From positions 1 to 55,081 of the IMG/VR virus record IMGVR_UViG_3300029787_000060: a stretch of 55,081 nt of DNA. One strand, written 5' to 3'. The stretch's first letter is position 1. The number at the start of each line of letters is the position of its first letter. The notes under the pieces are model-generated. The model made no database searches. It was not told the origin of the DNA and worked only from the letters and a program-made list of their open reading frames with translations. Below, piece by piece: positions 37,901 through 46,784 of this stretch. The position numbers and the translations under genes were made by a program. The stretch comes from a virus. Lineage: Duplodnaviria > Caudoviricetes.

Positions 37901-40900
37901 ACAGTGACCTGACTCCCGTGTATCAGATGGAAGAGGCGGTAGCTGAACTAATTCGTGACGGCAGAAACAAATTTACTGGCAAGCCAAGAACTCTGATACA
38001 GAGAATCAAGACATTCTTTGAGTCAATGCTAAGTTTCTTGCGCGGTACAGGGTATACAAGCTTTGATTCATTGATTGGCGATATTGAGTCGGGAACAATT
38101 GGAGCAAGAGACAGAGATCAAGTTAGAACTCTGAGAGCTACAGAAGCTGCGCGAGGCGTTGTCCCAGATCGTGGCATTCTTCCGCGAACCAGAACCACGC
38201 CTAAAGGTGCGGCTAGAGAAAGAAGTGCCATAGATATACCCCGTATAAGGTCAGAGATGAAGGCGAGTGCAGATCCAAATATAGTGGCTTTGGAGTCTCA
38301 GTTATCAGATGATCAGATTAGGGTAATGAGAGGAGCAGCTCGTCCGTCTGGTGACTTCCTTGAGGTGGGGCAGATACAAGCTGTTGCAGAGCAAGCTGAT
38401 CAAGCTCATGCAAGGCTTAATCTTTCCGATCAAATAGATAGTGTGGTTAGTGCAGTCCTGCCTGAAGTTAATAGAAGGCGTGGACGTAAGCCCCCTGTCA
38501 CGGAGGCGCAGGCTAAGAAAGCTGTGCTTGATTTCAGAGCCTCTGTTCCAGAGCAAAAGGGTAAGCTAAGACCAAGAGATACTTTTGATAAAGCTTTCAA
38601 GACATTAAGAAGGGATGACCTTTCTCAAAGAGAGGCTCTCAGTCACAAAGATGTATCTCTAAAAATCCCAGAGATAGCTGTCTCTACCATACTTTTGAAA
38701 GATGGCTTGATAACTAGAAAGCAACGCAATGCAGTTGTTAATAAGTTTAAGCCTGTCACTTCTTATCAATCATTGCCAGACAACTTGCTTACCACAAAAA
38801 AGAGAGCGGTAGATGCGCTTGATGACAGCAAGAAGTCGATGTTTGGTAAGACTAGAAGAGTTATCAAAGACGAGAATCTTGAGTACATAGCTCTACGTTT
38901 AGATATTCCAGCGTATCTTAGAGATGGCGCTTGGGTTGTTACTGCACATAAGCCAAGAGCTGCTCGTCTTAGAGAAGGACGAGGGGCATTTCAGGGGCAG
39001 GCTGGCACACCTATAGGATACGAGTTGGCTATGTCAGTCAATGATGTCTCTTTTGGTACTGGACGAGAGTCTGACTTTGGAAGGAAGGTAGCAAGCGGAG
39101 TAGCCACTGGCGCTGCTACAAAAAATACCTTTGCCACGATAGAGGGAAGGCCCGAAACAGAAAAGAATTATACCTCCCTGCTTAAGGAATCGAGAGCAAT
39201 ACTTAAGGACATGAAGGAAGGCAAACCAACAAACTGGAGACAGGTTGGCTATGATCCTGAACGTCATGCTTACTTTTACGACAGGGCTAACGGTGAACCA
39301 ATCGTTGCCGCTGACAGGGTTATACAGATAGGCCCATTGGTTCTGGCTCAGAACGCTAACGTCAGTCCAACGGGTGAATCAATAAGAGCTACGCAGGAAG
39401 ACTTCGCCTTCTCTCGCACTCCAGTCACTGTTCCCCCTGTTGAGTCAGATGTTCCTGTCTTGCCTATCGGTGATGTAGAGAGAGGATTGTATGCGCTTAT
39501 TTCTGCCGCTGGTGGTAGCCCTACCTCTGAGCAACTTGCTGAGGTTCCCGGCGCCCCCAGAAAACGCAGTAAGGTTAATAAGAAAGGTGACAAAATTCCT
39601 GACAATGAAAGGGACAGCGAGGTAAGGGCTATCTCTCTGGATGAGTTGCGTCAGTACATGAGAGAAGGGCTTGAAGGTTCTGAGAATTTGCAATGGTATG
39701 ACCAGTTTGGTTCTGGTCTTATGGAGATTGTTGGCCCTGCAAACATAGAGGAAGCCTCTGTAATCTTTGGTATAACCTCTCAGCAAAATTCCGCTGAACA
39801 AAACCTAGCCGATACACTTCACATTATGTCCGTTGCTAGACGGATTGATCCTGTTGAGCAGACATCTAAGTTTATGGAGGAAGTGTCTGAAGGGACAAGG
39901 CCCGGAGGCCAGAAGCTAAAGATTACTGGCGATCAGATAAAACGAATAGCCAGAATGTACAAGGAAGGATTTGCTGATGCAGGTCTGAAGACTAGCACTT
40001 ATATGCAATTGATTCAGGACAGGGCTAGGAATAAGTTTAATCCTTTCTCTGTGCAAGATGTTCATATGGCTAGGGTTTTTGGATTCAGAAGGAAAGGCTA
40101 CGACAAGAAAACTGGAAACCTTGTTGATGCTGCTATGATACCCGGAGATTTGCAGTACAGATATGCCCAGTATCTTACTTCATATCTGGCGGAGGAGTTT
40201 AATATCACTCCCAATCAGGCACAGGCTGCGCTCTGGTTTTATGCCAAGAGCAATCTCAGCCCGAAGGCAGATAAAAAGGAAGGTGCTGGTACTTGGGATT
40301 CTGCTAAGAGAAAGTCTGCAAAAGAGATCAACGCTATAGAAGAACAGATTGCTGACGGTACGTTTGATAGAAACGTATCAGTTACTCCCGCTCTCAGGAA
40401 GGGAGTTAGGCCGCGCAATGCTGTCAAGGTAAAGCAGAATGCCTACACAAACTTTATTAACATGCCTGAGCTTGAAGCTCTTGCTGAAGCTAGAGCGCCA
40501 CTAGTCACTGTGTCTGCTAATCCGGGCAATGCCAGAGGTTATGGTTTTCCTGACACTGTCACGATAGATGAGATGTTTGACTTTCACGAGCAGGCATTAG
40601 ATGCAATCACTGACAAGGATGGACAGATACCTTTCCTTAGAAGATTAGGCATAGCTCACAAGATAGAACTCACTGCTGGAACTTATGAAGGTCTTGAGCC
40701 TTCGTTCCAGATCAAACTTCTAAGTGGCAGTAAACCACAGGCTTTGCTTGCCACTAGCATATTGGGTGACGCGCTTCTTCAAGATGCAGCGATTGCCGTT
40801 AAGCCAGCATATAAAACTGGTAATCAGGTAGGCTTGGCTGTCAGAAAGCCTGATGGTTCTGCCTTCACTCGTGCAGAGCTAGAGGCTATATCTACTACAG

Positions 40901-43900
40901 CTAACCCTGAGAAAGATCCAGAGGGTATGAACTTTACTGCGGTCAGGCCAGACACGTTGGTGTTTATGGATGGTAGGACATTTGATCCTAGCACTGCGGC
41001 ATCTTACACAGAAGATATGCTGGAAGAGTTTGGCACTAAGTTGTTGACATCTCTTGACACGGGTTTACAATATGACATTCAAGCATATTATCAGGAGAGC
41101 GATTATGTTGGATCGGAAAGCTATTCAGAAAACATTAGGCAAATTAGGGATCAAGGAAGCGTCCCCGGATCATCCGGTATATTCGACACCCTTGACCGTG
41201 AGCTTTATAAACCGTTCTGGGAAACCTACACCCAAGCAGCAGCGCGAATCGGATTTACTCCAGAAAGCACAGCAAGACCAACAGTAGAAGAGCTAGTTCG
41301 TGCGCCCCTTTCGGACAGGCTTCCTCCGCCTGCACCTATCTCTCAGAATGCAATTGATAAAGCTGTTGAGCAAAACCTTCAGGACGTAGCTGACGCCAAG
41401 TCAGGAGCCGTTCCTCGCCATTCAACCAAAGCCTCACCCGAAGCCCAAGCTGTAGCTAGAGACCCTGAGATAGGCTCTACGATCCCTCCCGGTATGGAGG
41501 ATGCTTACTCCCGCAAGAATGTCCCTGAGTATGAGCCGGACTCTGTAATTCCAAAACTGGTTGATACAAACCCACAAACTCAAACTGCTTTCGAGGTGTA
41601 TGAGCAGGCTACTGGAGACACTAGTAGATGGACGTACTATACAACCAAATTTAGAAAAGCATTTATCAACAAGTATTCGCGTATTGAGTCTTTATCCAAT
41701 GATAAGTATCTAGGTGATGCCGTTGGATATCTGGCTGATACGAGCGCCAATGCAGCACTAATGTTTAAGGACAGGTCTAGAGGTGTTGCTGCTTCCACTA
41801 TTAAGTATGGTACTCCAGTATACAGAGATGGGCTGACTAAGGTTGAAGACTTTGAAAACAGCAAGGGCGATAAGATAGATGGAGTCATTGGTCTACTAGC
41901 CCCTCTTCAGCCAAGCGGAAATCCTTATGGAAAAAATCTGGAGGAAGTTGCACAGGCATATGCTATTGCGAAGCGTGTTAAATACTTACACAGCAAAGGA
42001 AGATACACCGACAAGATTCCTGTTGGAAAAGAAGATGAATACTTAGCGGCACTAGAGAAAGAGGCTGACAAGTACCTCAACGAGAACGGCGATTCAATCA
42101 TACGAGAGTGGTATCAGAACTGGAGCGAATATAATGATGGCATTGTCAAGTTTTTAAAAGACACGGGAGTCATCACTGAAGATCAAGGTTTGGAGTGGGC
42201 GAGTATGTCTTCCTACTATCCGTTCTATATGGAAGCGGATGGCGAGACCCAAGGTGTAAACCTCTTTAGTGGTATGTCTGCCGCACCACAGACTGTTAGC
42301 AACGAAGAGTTTAAGGCGGTAGGTAAGAGCGGTAAGCCTCTCAATGTGTCTATGTTTGATGCAATAGTAAGAAACATTACCGCTGCTATTGATATGGGAA
42401 TGACCAATGTAGCTTACCAGAGAGTGGTAAGAGATCAGGTTCTCCTTGGTCAAGCTAGGGAAATCCCACAAGGCGGTTCTGTAAACAACAAATACACTGT
42501 TAACTTTCGCGTCAATGGACAGAAGAGAACCTTTGAGTTATTTGACCCTCTGACGTTTGAAGCGTTGAAGCCGATCTCTGATGGTGAAGCTTACGAGGTA
42601 ATGGCAACTATTCTCGGCGCTCCTGCAAACTTGCTTAGAGAAACTGTCACAAGAGATCCCGGCTTTATCATAGTCAACATGATGAGGGATACCCTGTCTT
42701 CCTATGTAACATCTGGCTCTAAATATAAGCCTGTCATAGATACTGTTGCTAACTTTGGCAGTGGTATGGAAACCCTAGAAAGGTATGGGATTGTTGGCGG
42801 CTATGATTTGGTAAACGATCCTAAAGATCTTAAGAAGTTTTTTAATAAAGAGTTAAGGCGTAGAGGTCTTGATCCAGACCAAGGTCTAGGTTCTAAAGTT
42901 TTTAATAAAACTCTTGGTTCGGTCTGGGAGATGTTAGGACAAGCCACAACTATGTCTGATGCCGCCACAAGAATGGCAGTTTACAAAGATGTTCTAGCTA
43001 GAACTGGCAACGAGGCGGAAGCTGCATTGCAGGCTATGGAAGTTATCAACTTTGCTAGGCGCGGCTCTAACCCAGTGGCTAGGCTTGCCTTCACAGCTAT
43101 ACCTTTCCTGAACGCAAGGATACAAGGTCTTGATGTTTTTTATAGAGCGTTTGCTGGCAAGTATTCGGCAGACAATGAGGCATCAAGAAAAGCTATCGCT
43201 GGCAGGGCTATAGGAAGAGGCTTGTTACTGACATCGATAACTGGTTTGTACTGGGGTCTTGTCAGTGATGACGATGAGTATAAGTTACAGAGCGATGAGG
43301 TCAGAGATAACAACTGGATCATTCCTACTGGCACTGGTTACCCCATCAAGATACCTATCCCATTTGAAGTTGGTCTTGTGTTTAAGACCATACCTGAGAG
43401 AGCCATAGACGCTGCGTATGGCGAGTCCACTGATGCTAGAGAAATGACTGAGTCTATTAGACGGGGCGTTATGAGTACCCTTGAGGTAAACCCTCTAGGT
43501 ATTCAAGCGTTTGCGCCAATAGTAGAGGCGGCTTTTAATCACAACTTCTACACTGGTAGACAGATCGTCCCATACTATATGGATCAAGGTCTTGAGCGCG
43601 GATTCCAGAGTAGAGTTGGTACTAACAAACTTGCTGAATATGTTGGACAGGCTTTGAATATAAGCCCTATGAAGATAGAACATATTATTTCTGGATATGT
43701 GGGAACCATAGGAGGCTATGGTCTTGACATGATAGACAAGACTTTAAGGAGCGAGGCTCTGGTTGGAGACTTGTCTGAAGCAATGCCTGCTCTTGATATG
43801 CAGCAGTTCCCTTTGATGAAGAGATTCTTTGGAACCAAGGAAGGATCTGGTGTCACTCAAGATTTCTATGAAATAAACAGAGAAGTTAATCGTGTTGTTC

Positions 43901-44196
43901 AGACACTTAACAGCCTCAAGAAGGACGAAAAGACCGAAGAGTTGCAAGCATTCCTAATGGGAAGAGAAGGTTTGTACAGCCTGAGACCCCACGTTAACAG
44001 GCTATCCAAAGTGTTGACCGATAATAGAAACAGAAAGGAAGCCATCATGAGGATGGATATCGACCCCGAAGAAAAGCGAAAGCTGGTTGACGAGATCGAT
44101 GCGTACAATAATGACTACATTGCACCTTACATACCTTTGCTAAGAGAGACCGCAAACCTGCCTAAGACTAGGCTCACGAACCTGTATCTGCAATGA
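34993..44196 (+). CDS. Giant (3067 aa) polyvalent internal virion protein with a zincin HExxH motif, a glycosylase-like domain and an LPD38-like C-terminus
   Basis: Ala/Gly-rich N-terminus; LLNHESVHAMR...EEAVAE; WY...ITSQQN...SVQDVHMARVFG...QAQAALW; C-terminal IPFLNARIQG, IPIPFEVG, SPMKIEHIISGY. Confidence 0.72.
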   Translation: MPTTIVNAPDGGLISVNHPEGTSDQDILNYAARMFSEDPSISLRPEEENITLTGRIAETAKAVPRGFASGFLTAAEGLAELSDAATNAIGLEGLIDSGDENALVYGARQAKEAINSTIGADKAYQDLWSTKFGEGLGSFATFLTPGAAFRLAGNASKAAKATTGLTKLVGAGSAAEAATVATLATGTGAGEQAQRIQMARDSGVEISQAQEDSAIALASIVGLSELAPVERLFRKLDKNLVDDKTLNTIGDRIKSALGTGGVEAVQEAVAGLSQDLIEKNIYNEELPIGESLYDDFTVGGAVGFVSDLVLNAAAGRRRGVSSETEREYERKLREANAQAAEDQAELVSNIGREEVLEPQVIMPDQDDVQGMPSYARKVARDMGQNFPLTTSFGVQETTETVTRTVTNQAGETIQREEQVPAFVATDSDGRIYGKTFQNYEQAAVFAGALNDQLINRAVTNSVSDIIDTSPQAYDQPTFQTLSFWGNSALNPENNTVTSNALNMAAGTTIDQGFNEQETSTDAARRISNLAARGQAPVNPMSLMTASQRANWSRLGSGQSETDVFTFEEAKKELGDDVANLADVREDSTIETETYRVDKDNRGRPIVVSSAGEIITQRPTTLVERREKKGLGRTTRMQTEQQAQAVAAGLNTMAGRAVDKLVFQDRTYGREEIKNLLEAKNVTDELNSPQIKALAQSFTGKSGVDKMSRAEMKLFYLKLRSLPRFEVATSLPVFTPKIYTSQQFRLASQHVGQNPDYTNESLAEAVGISETDPRFEKKIEQITADLNAQGVESVEVTEEAVIPVERRLPSASEEITQQLEKQLSEEMDKLNLGDVRVSVLHALTNVVRDADGNLVLGVRRFDPARDQGATTLDQEGNFVADELPEQEQALYSRNLNEVFFGVDRLQRLSDEGATPEQLFETAKSLLNHESVHAMRMLDLWTANEWSSLERLARTKKNSLGQTYLEAAQKTYSDLTPVYQMEEAVAELIRDGRNKFTGKPRTLIQRIKTFFESMLSFLRGTGYTSFDSLIGDIESGTIGARDRDQVRTLRATEAARGVVPDRGILPRTRTTPKGAARERSAIDIPRIRSEMKASADPNIVALESQLSDDQIRVMRGAARPSGDFLEVGQIQAVAEQADQAHARLNLSDQIDSVVSAVLPEVNRRRGRKPPVTEAQAKKAVLDFRASVPEQKGKLRPRDTFDKAFKTLRRDDLSQREALSHKDVSLKIPEIAVSTILLKDGLITRKQRNAVVNKFKPVTSYQSLPDNLLTTKKRAVDALDDSKKSMFGKTRRVIKDENLEYIALRLDIPAYLRDGAWVVTAHKPRAARLREGRGAFQGQAGTPIGYELAMSVNDVSFGTGRESDFGRKVASGVATGAATKNTFATIEGRPETEKNYTSLLKESRAILKDMKEGKPTNWRQVGYDPERHAYFYDRANGEPIVAADRVIQIGPLVLAQNANVSPTGESIRATQEDFAFSRTPVTVPPVESDVPVLPIGDVERGLYALISAAGGSPTSEQLAEVPGAPRKRSKVNKKGDKIPDNERDSEVRAISLDELRQYMREGLEGSENLQWYDQFGSGLMEIVGPANIEEASVIFGITSQQNSAEQNLADTLHIMSVARRIDPVEQTSKFMEEVSEGTRPGGQKLKITGDQIKRIARMYKEGFADAGLKTSTYMQLIQDRARNKFNPFSVQDVHMARVFGFRRKGYDKKTGNLVDAAMIPGDLQYRYAQYLTSYLAEEFNITPNQAQAALWFYAKSNLSPKADKKEGAGTWDSAKRKSAKEINAIEEQIADGTFDRNVSVTPALRKGVRPRNAVKVKQNAYTNFINMPELEALAEARAPLVTVSANPGNARGYGFPDTVTIDEMFDFHEQALDAITDKDGQIPFLRRLGIAHKIELTAGTYEGLEPSFQIKLLSGSKPQALLATSILGDALLQDAAIAVKPAYKTGNQVGLAVRKPDGSAFTRAELEAISTTANPEKDPEGMNFTAVRPDTLVFMDGRTFDPSTAASYTEDMLEEFGTKLLTSLDTGLQYDIQAYYQESDYVGSESYSENIRQIRDQGSVPGSSGIFDTLDRELYKPFWETYTQAAARIGFTPESTARPTVEELVRAPLSDRLPPPAPISQNAIDKAVEQNLQDVADAKSGAVPRHSTKASPEAQAVARDPEIGSTIPPGMEDAYSRKNVPEYEPDSVIPKLVDTNPQTQTAFEVYEQATGDTSRWTYYTTKFRKAFINKYSRIESLSNDKYLGDAVGYLADTSANAALMFKDRSRGVAASTIKYGTPVYRDGLTKVEDFENSKGDKIDGVIGLLAPLQPSGNPYGKNLEEVAQAYAIAKRVKYLHSKGRYTDKIPVGKEDEYLAALEKEADKYLNENGDSIIREWYQNWSEYNDGIVKFLKDTGVITEDQGLEWASMSSYYPFYMEADGETQGVNLFSGMSAAPQTVSNEEFKAVGKSGKPLNVSMFDAIVRNITAAIDMGMTNVAYQRVVRDQVLLGQAREIPQGGSVNNKYTVNFRVNGQKRTFELFDPLTFEALKPISDGEAYEVMATILGAPANLLRETVTRDPGFIIVNMMRDTLSSYVTSGSKYKPVIDTVANFGSGMETLERYGIVGGYDLVNDPKDLKKFFNKELRRRGLDPDQGLGSKVFNKTLGSVWEMLGQATTMSDAATRMAVYKDVLARTGNEAEAALQAMEVINFARRGSNPVARLAFTAIPFLNARIQGLDVFYRAFAGKYSADNEASRKAIAGRAIGRGLLLTSITGLYWGLVSDDDEYKLQSDEVRDNNWIIPTGTGYPIKIPIPFEVGLVFKTIPERAIDAAYGESTDAREMTESIRRGVMSTLEVNPLGIQAFAPIVEAAFNHNFYTGRQIVPYYMDQGLERGFQSRVGTNKLAEYVGQALNISPMKIEHIISGYVGTIGGYGLDMIDKTLRSEALVGDLSEAMPALDMQQFPLMKRFFGTKEGSGVTQDFYEINREVNRVVQTLNSLKKDEKTEELQAFLMGREGLYSLRPHVNRLSKVLTDNRNRKEAIMRMDIDPEEKRKLVDEIDAYNNDYIAPYIPLLRETANLPKTRLTNLYLQ

Positions 44197-44608
44197 TAGT
44201 AAACTCTGATAGTGGGATATAGCAGCAAGGATCTATGTCCTGCCAGTCTCCTCTGTCTCTCCTGCCCCCCATAGCTACGTCATACTTGCAGTGGAGAATG
44301 TCACACCTAGCGATCTTGTCTGTCCACTTTACTATCAAGTAAGTATCCTTACCTGACACCCCATACATGAGTCGTGCTGTCAGCATCTTTGACATACTGA
44401 TCATGAATGTAGGGTATTTATCCATCTCAAATGTTCTGCACTTGAACTCCAGAAACGCCCTGATCTGCCCGTCTCTTTCTGCTACAAAATCCAAATGATA
44501 TTGAAGTGGCAGCTTATGAAGATCGCAGTTCCACCTCATAGCTATCTCGTCTGCTAATTCACTTTCCCTTTTTAGATCCTCGTTGCTTTCGTAATGCTTC
44601 CTCGACAT
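44174..44608 (-). CDS. PD-(D/E)XK nuclease-like protein
   Basis: LDFVAE...FLEFKCR, GGRRDRGD..D. Confidence 0.55.
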   Translation of the reverse strand: MSRKHYESNEDLKRESELADEIAMRWNCDLHKLPLQYHLDFVAERDGQIRAFLEFKCRTFEMDKYPTFMISMSKMLTARLMYGVSGKDTYLIVKWTDKIARCDILHCKYDVAMGGRRDRGDWQDIDPCCYIPLSEFTIIADTGS

Positions 44609-44747
44609 GTGGGTTCTCCAATAATAATTCCAATATTTCTATGACATTGCCGTCATGTAATAATTCTAATAGCCTTGCATTTTCCTTAAGAAGTGTCATG
44701 ACTTCTTCTGTTTCATCTTGAGATGTAAGCTTCAGGATAATTTCCAT
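44559..44747 (-). CDS. Hypothetical protein
   Basis: 62-aa helical ORF with GAGG RBS, overlapping its neighbours. Confidence 0.5.
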   Translation of the reverse strand: MEIILKLTSQDETEEVMTLLKENARLLELLHDGNVIEILELLLENPHVEEALRKQRGSKKGK

Positions 44748-45190
44748 TCGTTTACCTCTTCCATTTGACCCTCTTCCAAACTTCTAGTTGGAGGCGGCAC
44801 TGAAAATCCCATACCACCTGCTATCATAATTAATGTTTCGATTAACCTGCCATACGTTTCAGTGTTAGTGTCTGCGCTTCTCTGCTTTGGCCTTCTCTTC
44901 TTGCCAAACTTGGTGTCAACGATAGTCTCCCCAAAGCTTTGACACAGTATCTCTTCGTGCATCTCCCCCTCTGTCAGGCCAACAAACTCTCCGAAAGACC
45001 GCACCCATTTACGGTAGTAACCTTCCTGTCTTCGACTGCGAGAGTCCCTGTACCTGTTGATCTCCACAGACAATCCCTTGTCACACTTCTTAAGCATCTC
45101 TGCCATCTCTTCAATGTTATGAGGGTTTGCATGTGCAGCCATAATAATTATCTTATCTATGTCTTCAGTATCTTCTAGCCTGAACTTCAT
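44732..45190 (-). CDS. NinB/YbcN-like recombination protein
   Basis: SRSRRQEGYYRKW...MHEEI...RSAD..TETYGRLIE follows the NinB-like RS..QN..Y/W layout. Confidence 0.55.
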   Translation of the reverse strand: MKFRLEDTEDIDKIIIMAAHANPHNIEEMAEMLKKCDKGLSVEINRYRDSRSRRQEGYYRKWVRSFGEFVGLTEGEMHEEILCQSFGETIVDTKFGKKRRPKQRSADTNTETYGRLIETLIMIAGGMGFSVPPPTRSLEEGQMEEVNEWKLS

Positions 45191-45516
45191 AGTTTGATAA
45201 CCTCGTCATTAACTCTCCTAATCAGAGTCTTCAGCACCAAATACAAGAACTGTTCAGACTGATCTATGTCTCGCATGTATTGGTTATCCATATTGCTCAC
45301 TTCGTATTTATCAAACGCGCTGTGGCATTTCATACAGAGATCAGCAACGCAAAGGTCATGCCCCTTGATGCCTCTGCCCTTGCCGAAACTGTGCTGCCTC
45401 ATACCAGAGTAGTGCGCGGCAACCACAGTGCCATCATTGACACCGCAGTTGACGCAGCTTTGCCCTTTGGCAGCAGCAAGTAACTTCTTAGAACGAATGT
45501 TAGAAGGGGATGTCAT
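45187..45516 (-). CDS. DUF1364/YbcO-like Zn-finger nuclease-like protein
   Basis: RSKKLLAAAKGQSCVNCG...VAAHY...GIKGHD...CMKCH..FD. Confidence 0.7.
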   Translation of the reverse strand: MTSPSNIRSKKLLAAAKGQSCVNCGVNDGTVVAAHYSGMRQHSFGKGRGIKGHDLCVADLCMKCHSAFDKYEVSNMDNQYMRDIDQSEQFLYLVLKTLIRRVNDEVIKL

Positions 45517-45943
45517 CGTCTATAAAGCTACTTGAAGGCGTTGGCGCGGCCTGTGGTGCAGGCTGTTGTACAGGCTGAGGTGCAGCTTGCGGGGCTTGCT
45601 GCGGGACAGGCTGTGGTGCAGGCTGCTGATACTGAGGAGCCTGCTGTTGCGTGTTAGGGTCATAGTAAACTTCAGATGACAGCGACAGGTAGGGACTACC
45701 TCCTGCCTGTGGGATAGCTTCCCAAGCAGAGATCTGTATCTTCATCTGCTTGCCATCTTTCGCCATCTGAATCAGCAGCTTCATCATGTCTGGTGTGACT
45801 TCGATGTTGCCACTGTAGTCTGGTCTGCGCTTCCGATTGGCAGTCGCAGCCTGCGTATTCAAGATGGAGCAGCAGTTGCCACCATCCTGCTTGACCCAAA
45901 GACCGCCCTCTCTACTGCTAGGGTATTGCTTCTTACCTTCCAT
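45500..45943 (-). CDS. Putative single-stranded DNA-binding protein
   Basis: RPDYSGNIEV, ISAW, YLSLS, a Q/P linker and an acidic DDDIPF tail. Confidence 0.7.
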   Translation of the reverse strand: MEGKKQYPSSREGGLWVKQDGGNCCSILNTQAATANRKRRPDYSGNIEVTPDMMKLLIQMAKDGKQMKIQISAWEAIPQAGGSPYLSLSSEVYYDPNTQQQAPQYQQPAPQPVPQQAPQAAPQPVQQPAPQAAPTPSSSFIDDDIPF

Positions 45944-45952
45944 ATGTTTCTC

Positions 45953-46582
45953 CTATTGAAACTTCTTTATTTCGTTAGTACACCATAACCGAAAGTCTTG
46001 AGCCTCTTGCTCGTTAAGCTTTGCGGTTACGTTTGCGTTCGCGCTTAGGCAATCGATGATCTGCTTCTTGCTTTCGGCGCTTGTAATCATATCTTTAAGA
46101 CCGCCAAGCGTTAGCTCTGTGCGCTCCTCATCTTCCCCTGCAACAGGCTGTGATGGTACTGAATGATCCATCCCTCCTTCTGCCTGTCTCCACAGCTTAA
46201 TCCCAAGACCAAACATGCCAAGACATTTCACAAGACATCTCATCCTTGCGTCCTGTATTTGCCTGCTCGTTGGGTTAACTACTGAAGCTTTTGCTTTACC
46301 ACTCTGCATGACTGGCAACCACATTGATCTCTCAATGTAGTCCTCGTGTATCATCTCGCCACCGAGGTGAACCCTGACAGTACAGTTAACCATAACTGAA
46401 CCATCTGGGTGTCGAGTCTCATCGTGGAATGTGTAGAAACTAGCGGGATAATGAGTAACGAATATAGACCAAGCGTCTGCCCAGTTGAGATATGAATTAC
46501 CATCATACCCTGTCTGAAGCATCCCGGTTAGATCCATATCGTACAGCTTAAACCACATCTCCCGTATTCTAGTTTGTGACAT
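45953..46582 (-). CDS. Sak/Rad52-like single-strand annealing protein (DUF1071)
   Basis: SYLNWADAW, MWLPVM, RCLVKCLGMFGLG. Confidence 0.82.
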   Translation of the reverse strand: MSQTRIREMWFKLYDMDLTGMLQTGYDGNSYLNWADAWSIFVTHYPASFYTFHDETRHPDGSVMVNCTVRVHLGGEMIHEDYIERSMWLPVMQSGKAKASVVNPTSRQIQDARMRCLVKCLGMFGLGIKLWRQAEGGMDHSVPSQPVAGEDEERTELTLGGLKDMITSAESKKQIIDCLSANANVTAKLNEQEAQDFRLWCTNEIKKFQ

Positions 46583-46784
46583 GCCCACTCTCCCGTATCA
46601 TCTTCACAATTTCATTTCCTGCTAACTTGTAGAAGAGGGAGATGCTCATATCTATCTTTGTTCTCTTGCGGTTTACAAATATCAAAACCTTCTCCCCATC
46701 AATTTGAAACTGAACGGCATCGTTTTTGAACTGACCCATAATGCCTATCACCTTCCTGTAAAAATCTTCATCCTGTTCGATCAT
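46569..46784 (-). CDS. Hypothetical protein
   Basis: GGAGG RBS before ATG 46784 (MIEQDEDF...). Confidence 0.55.
   Translation of the reverse strand: MIEQDEDFYRKVIGIMGQFKNDAVQFQIDGEKVLIFVNRKRTKIDMSISLFYKLAGNEIVKMIRESGHVTN

Noticed and set aside
1089-44108. Numerous minus-strand and alternative-frame ORFs inside the late arm (e.g. 1606-2205, 2639-3130, 9160-9729, 31804-32229)
   Set aside because: They lie within well-supported + strand genes and show no recognisable motifs: shadow ORFs.
34993-44196. Giant ORF as an N4-like virion RNA polymerase
   Set aside because: Size is similar, but I found no convincing RNA polymerase motifs. The recognisable motifs fit a polyvalent LPD38-type protein.
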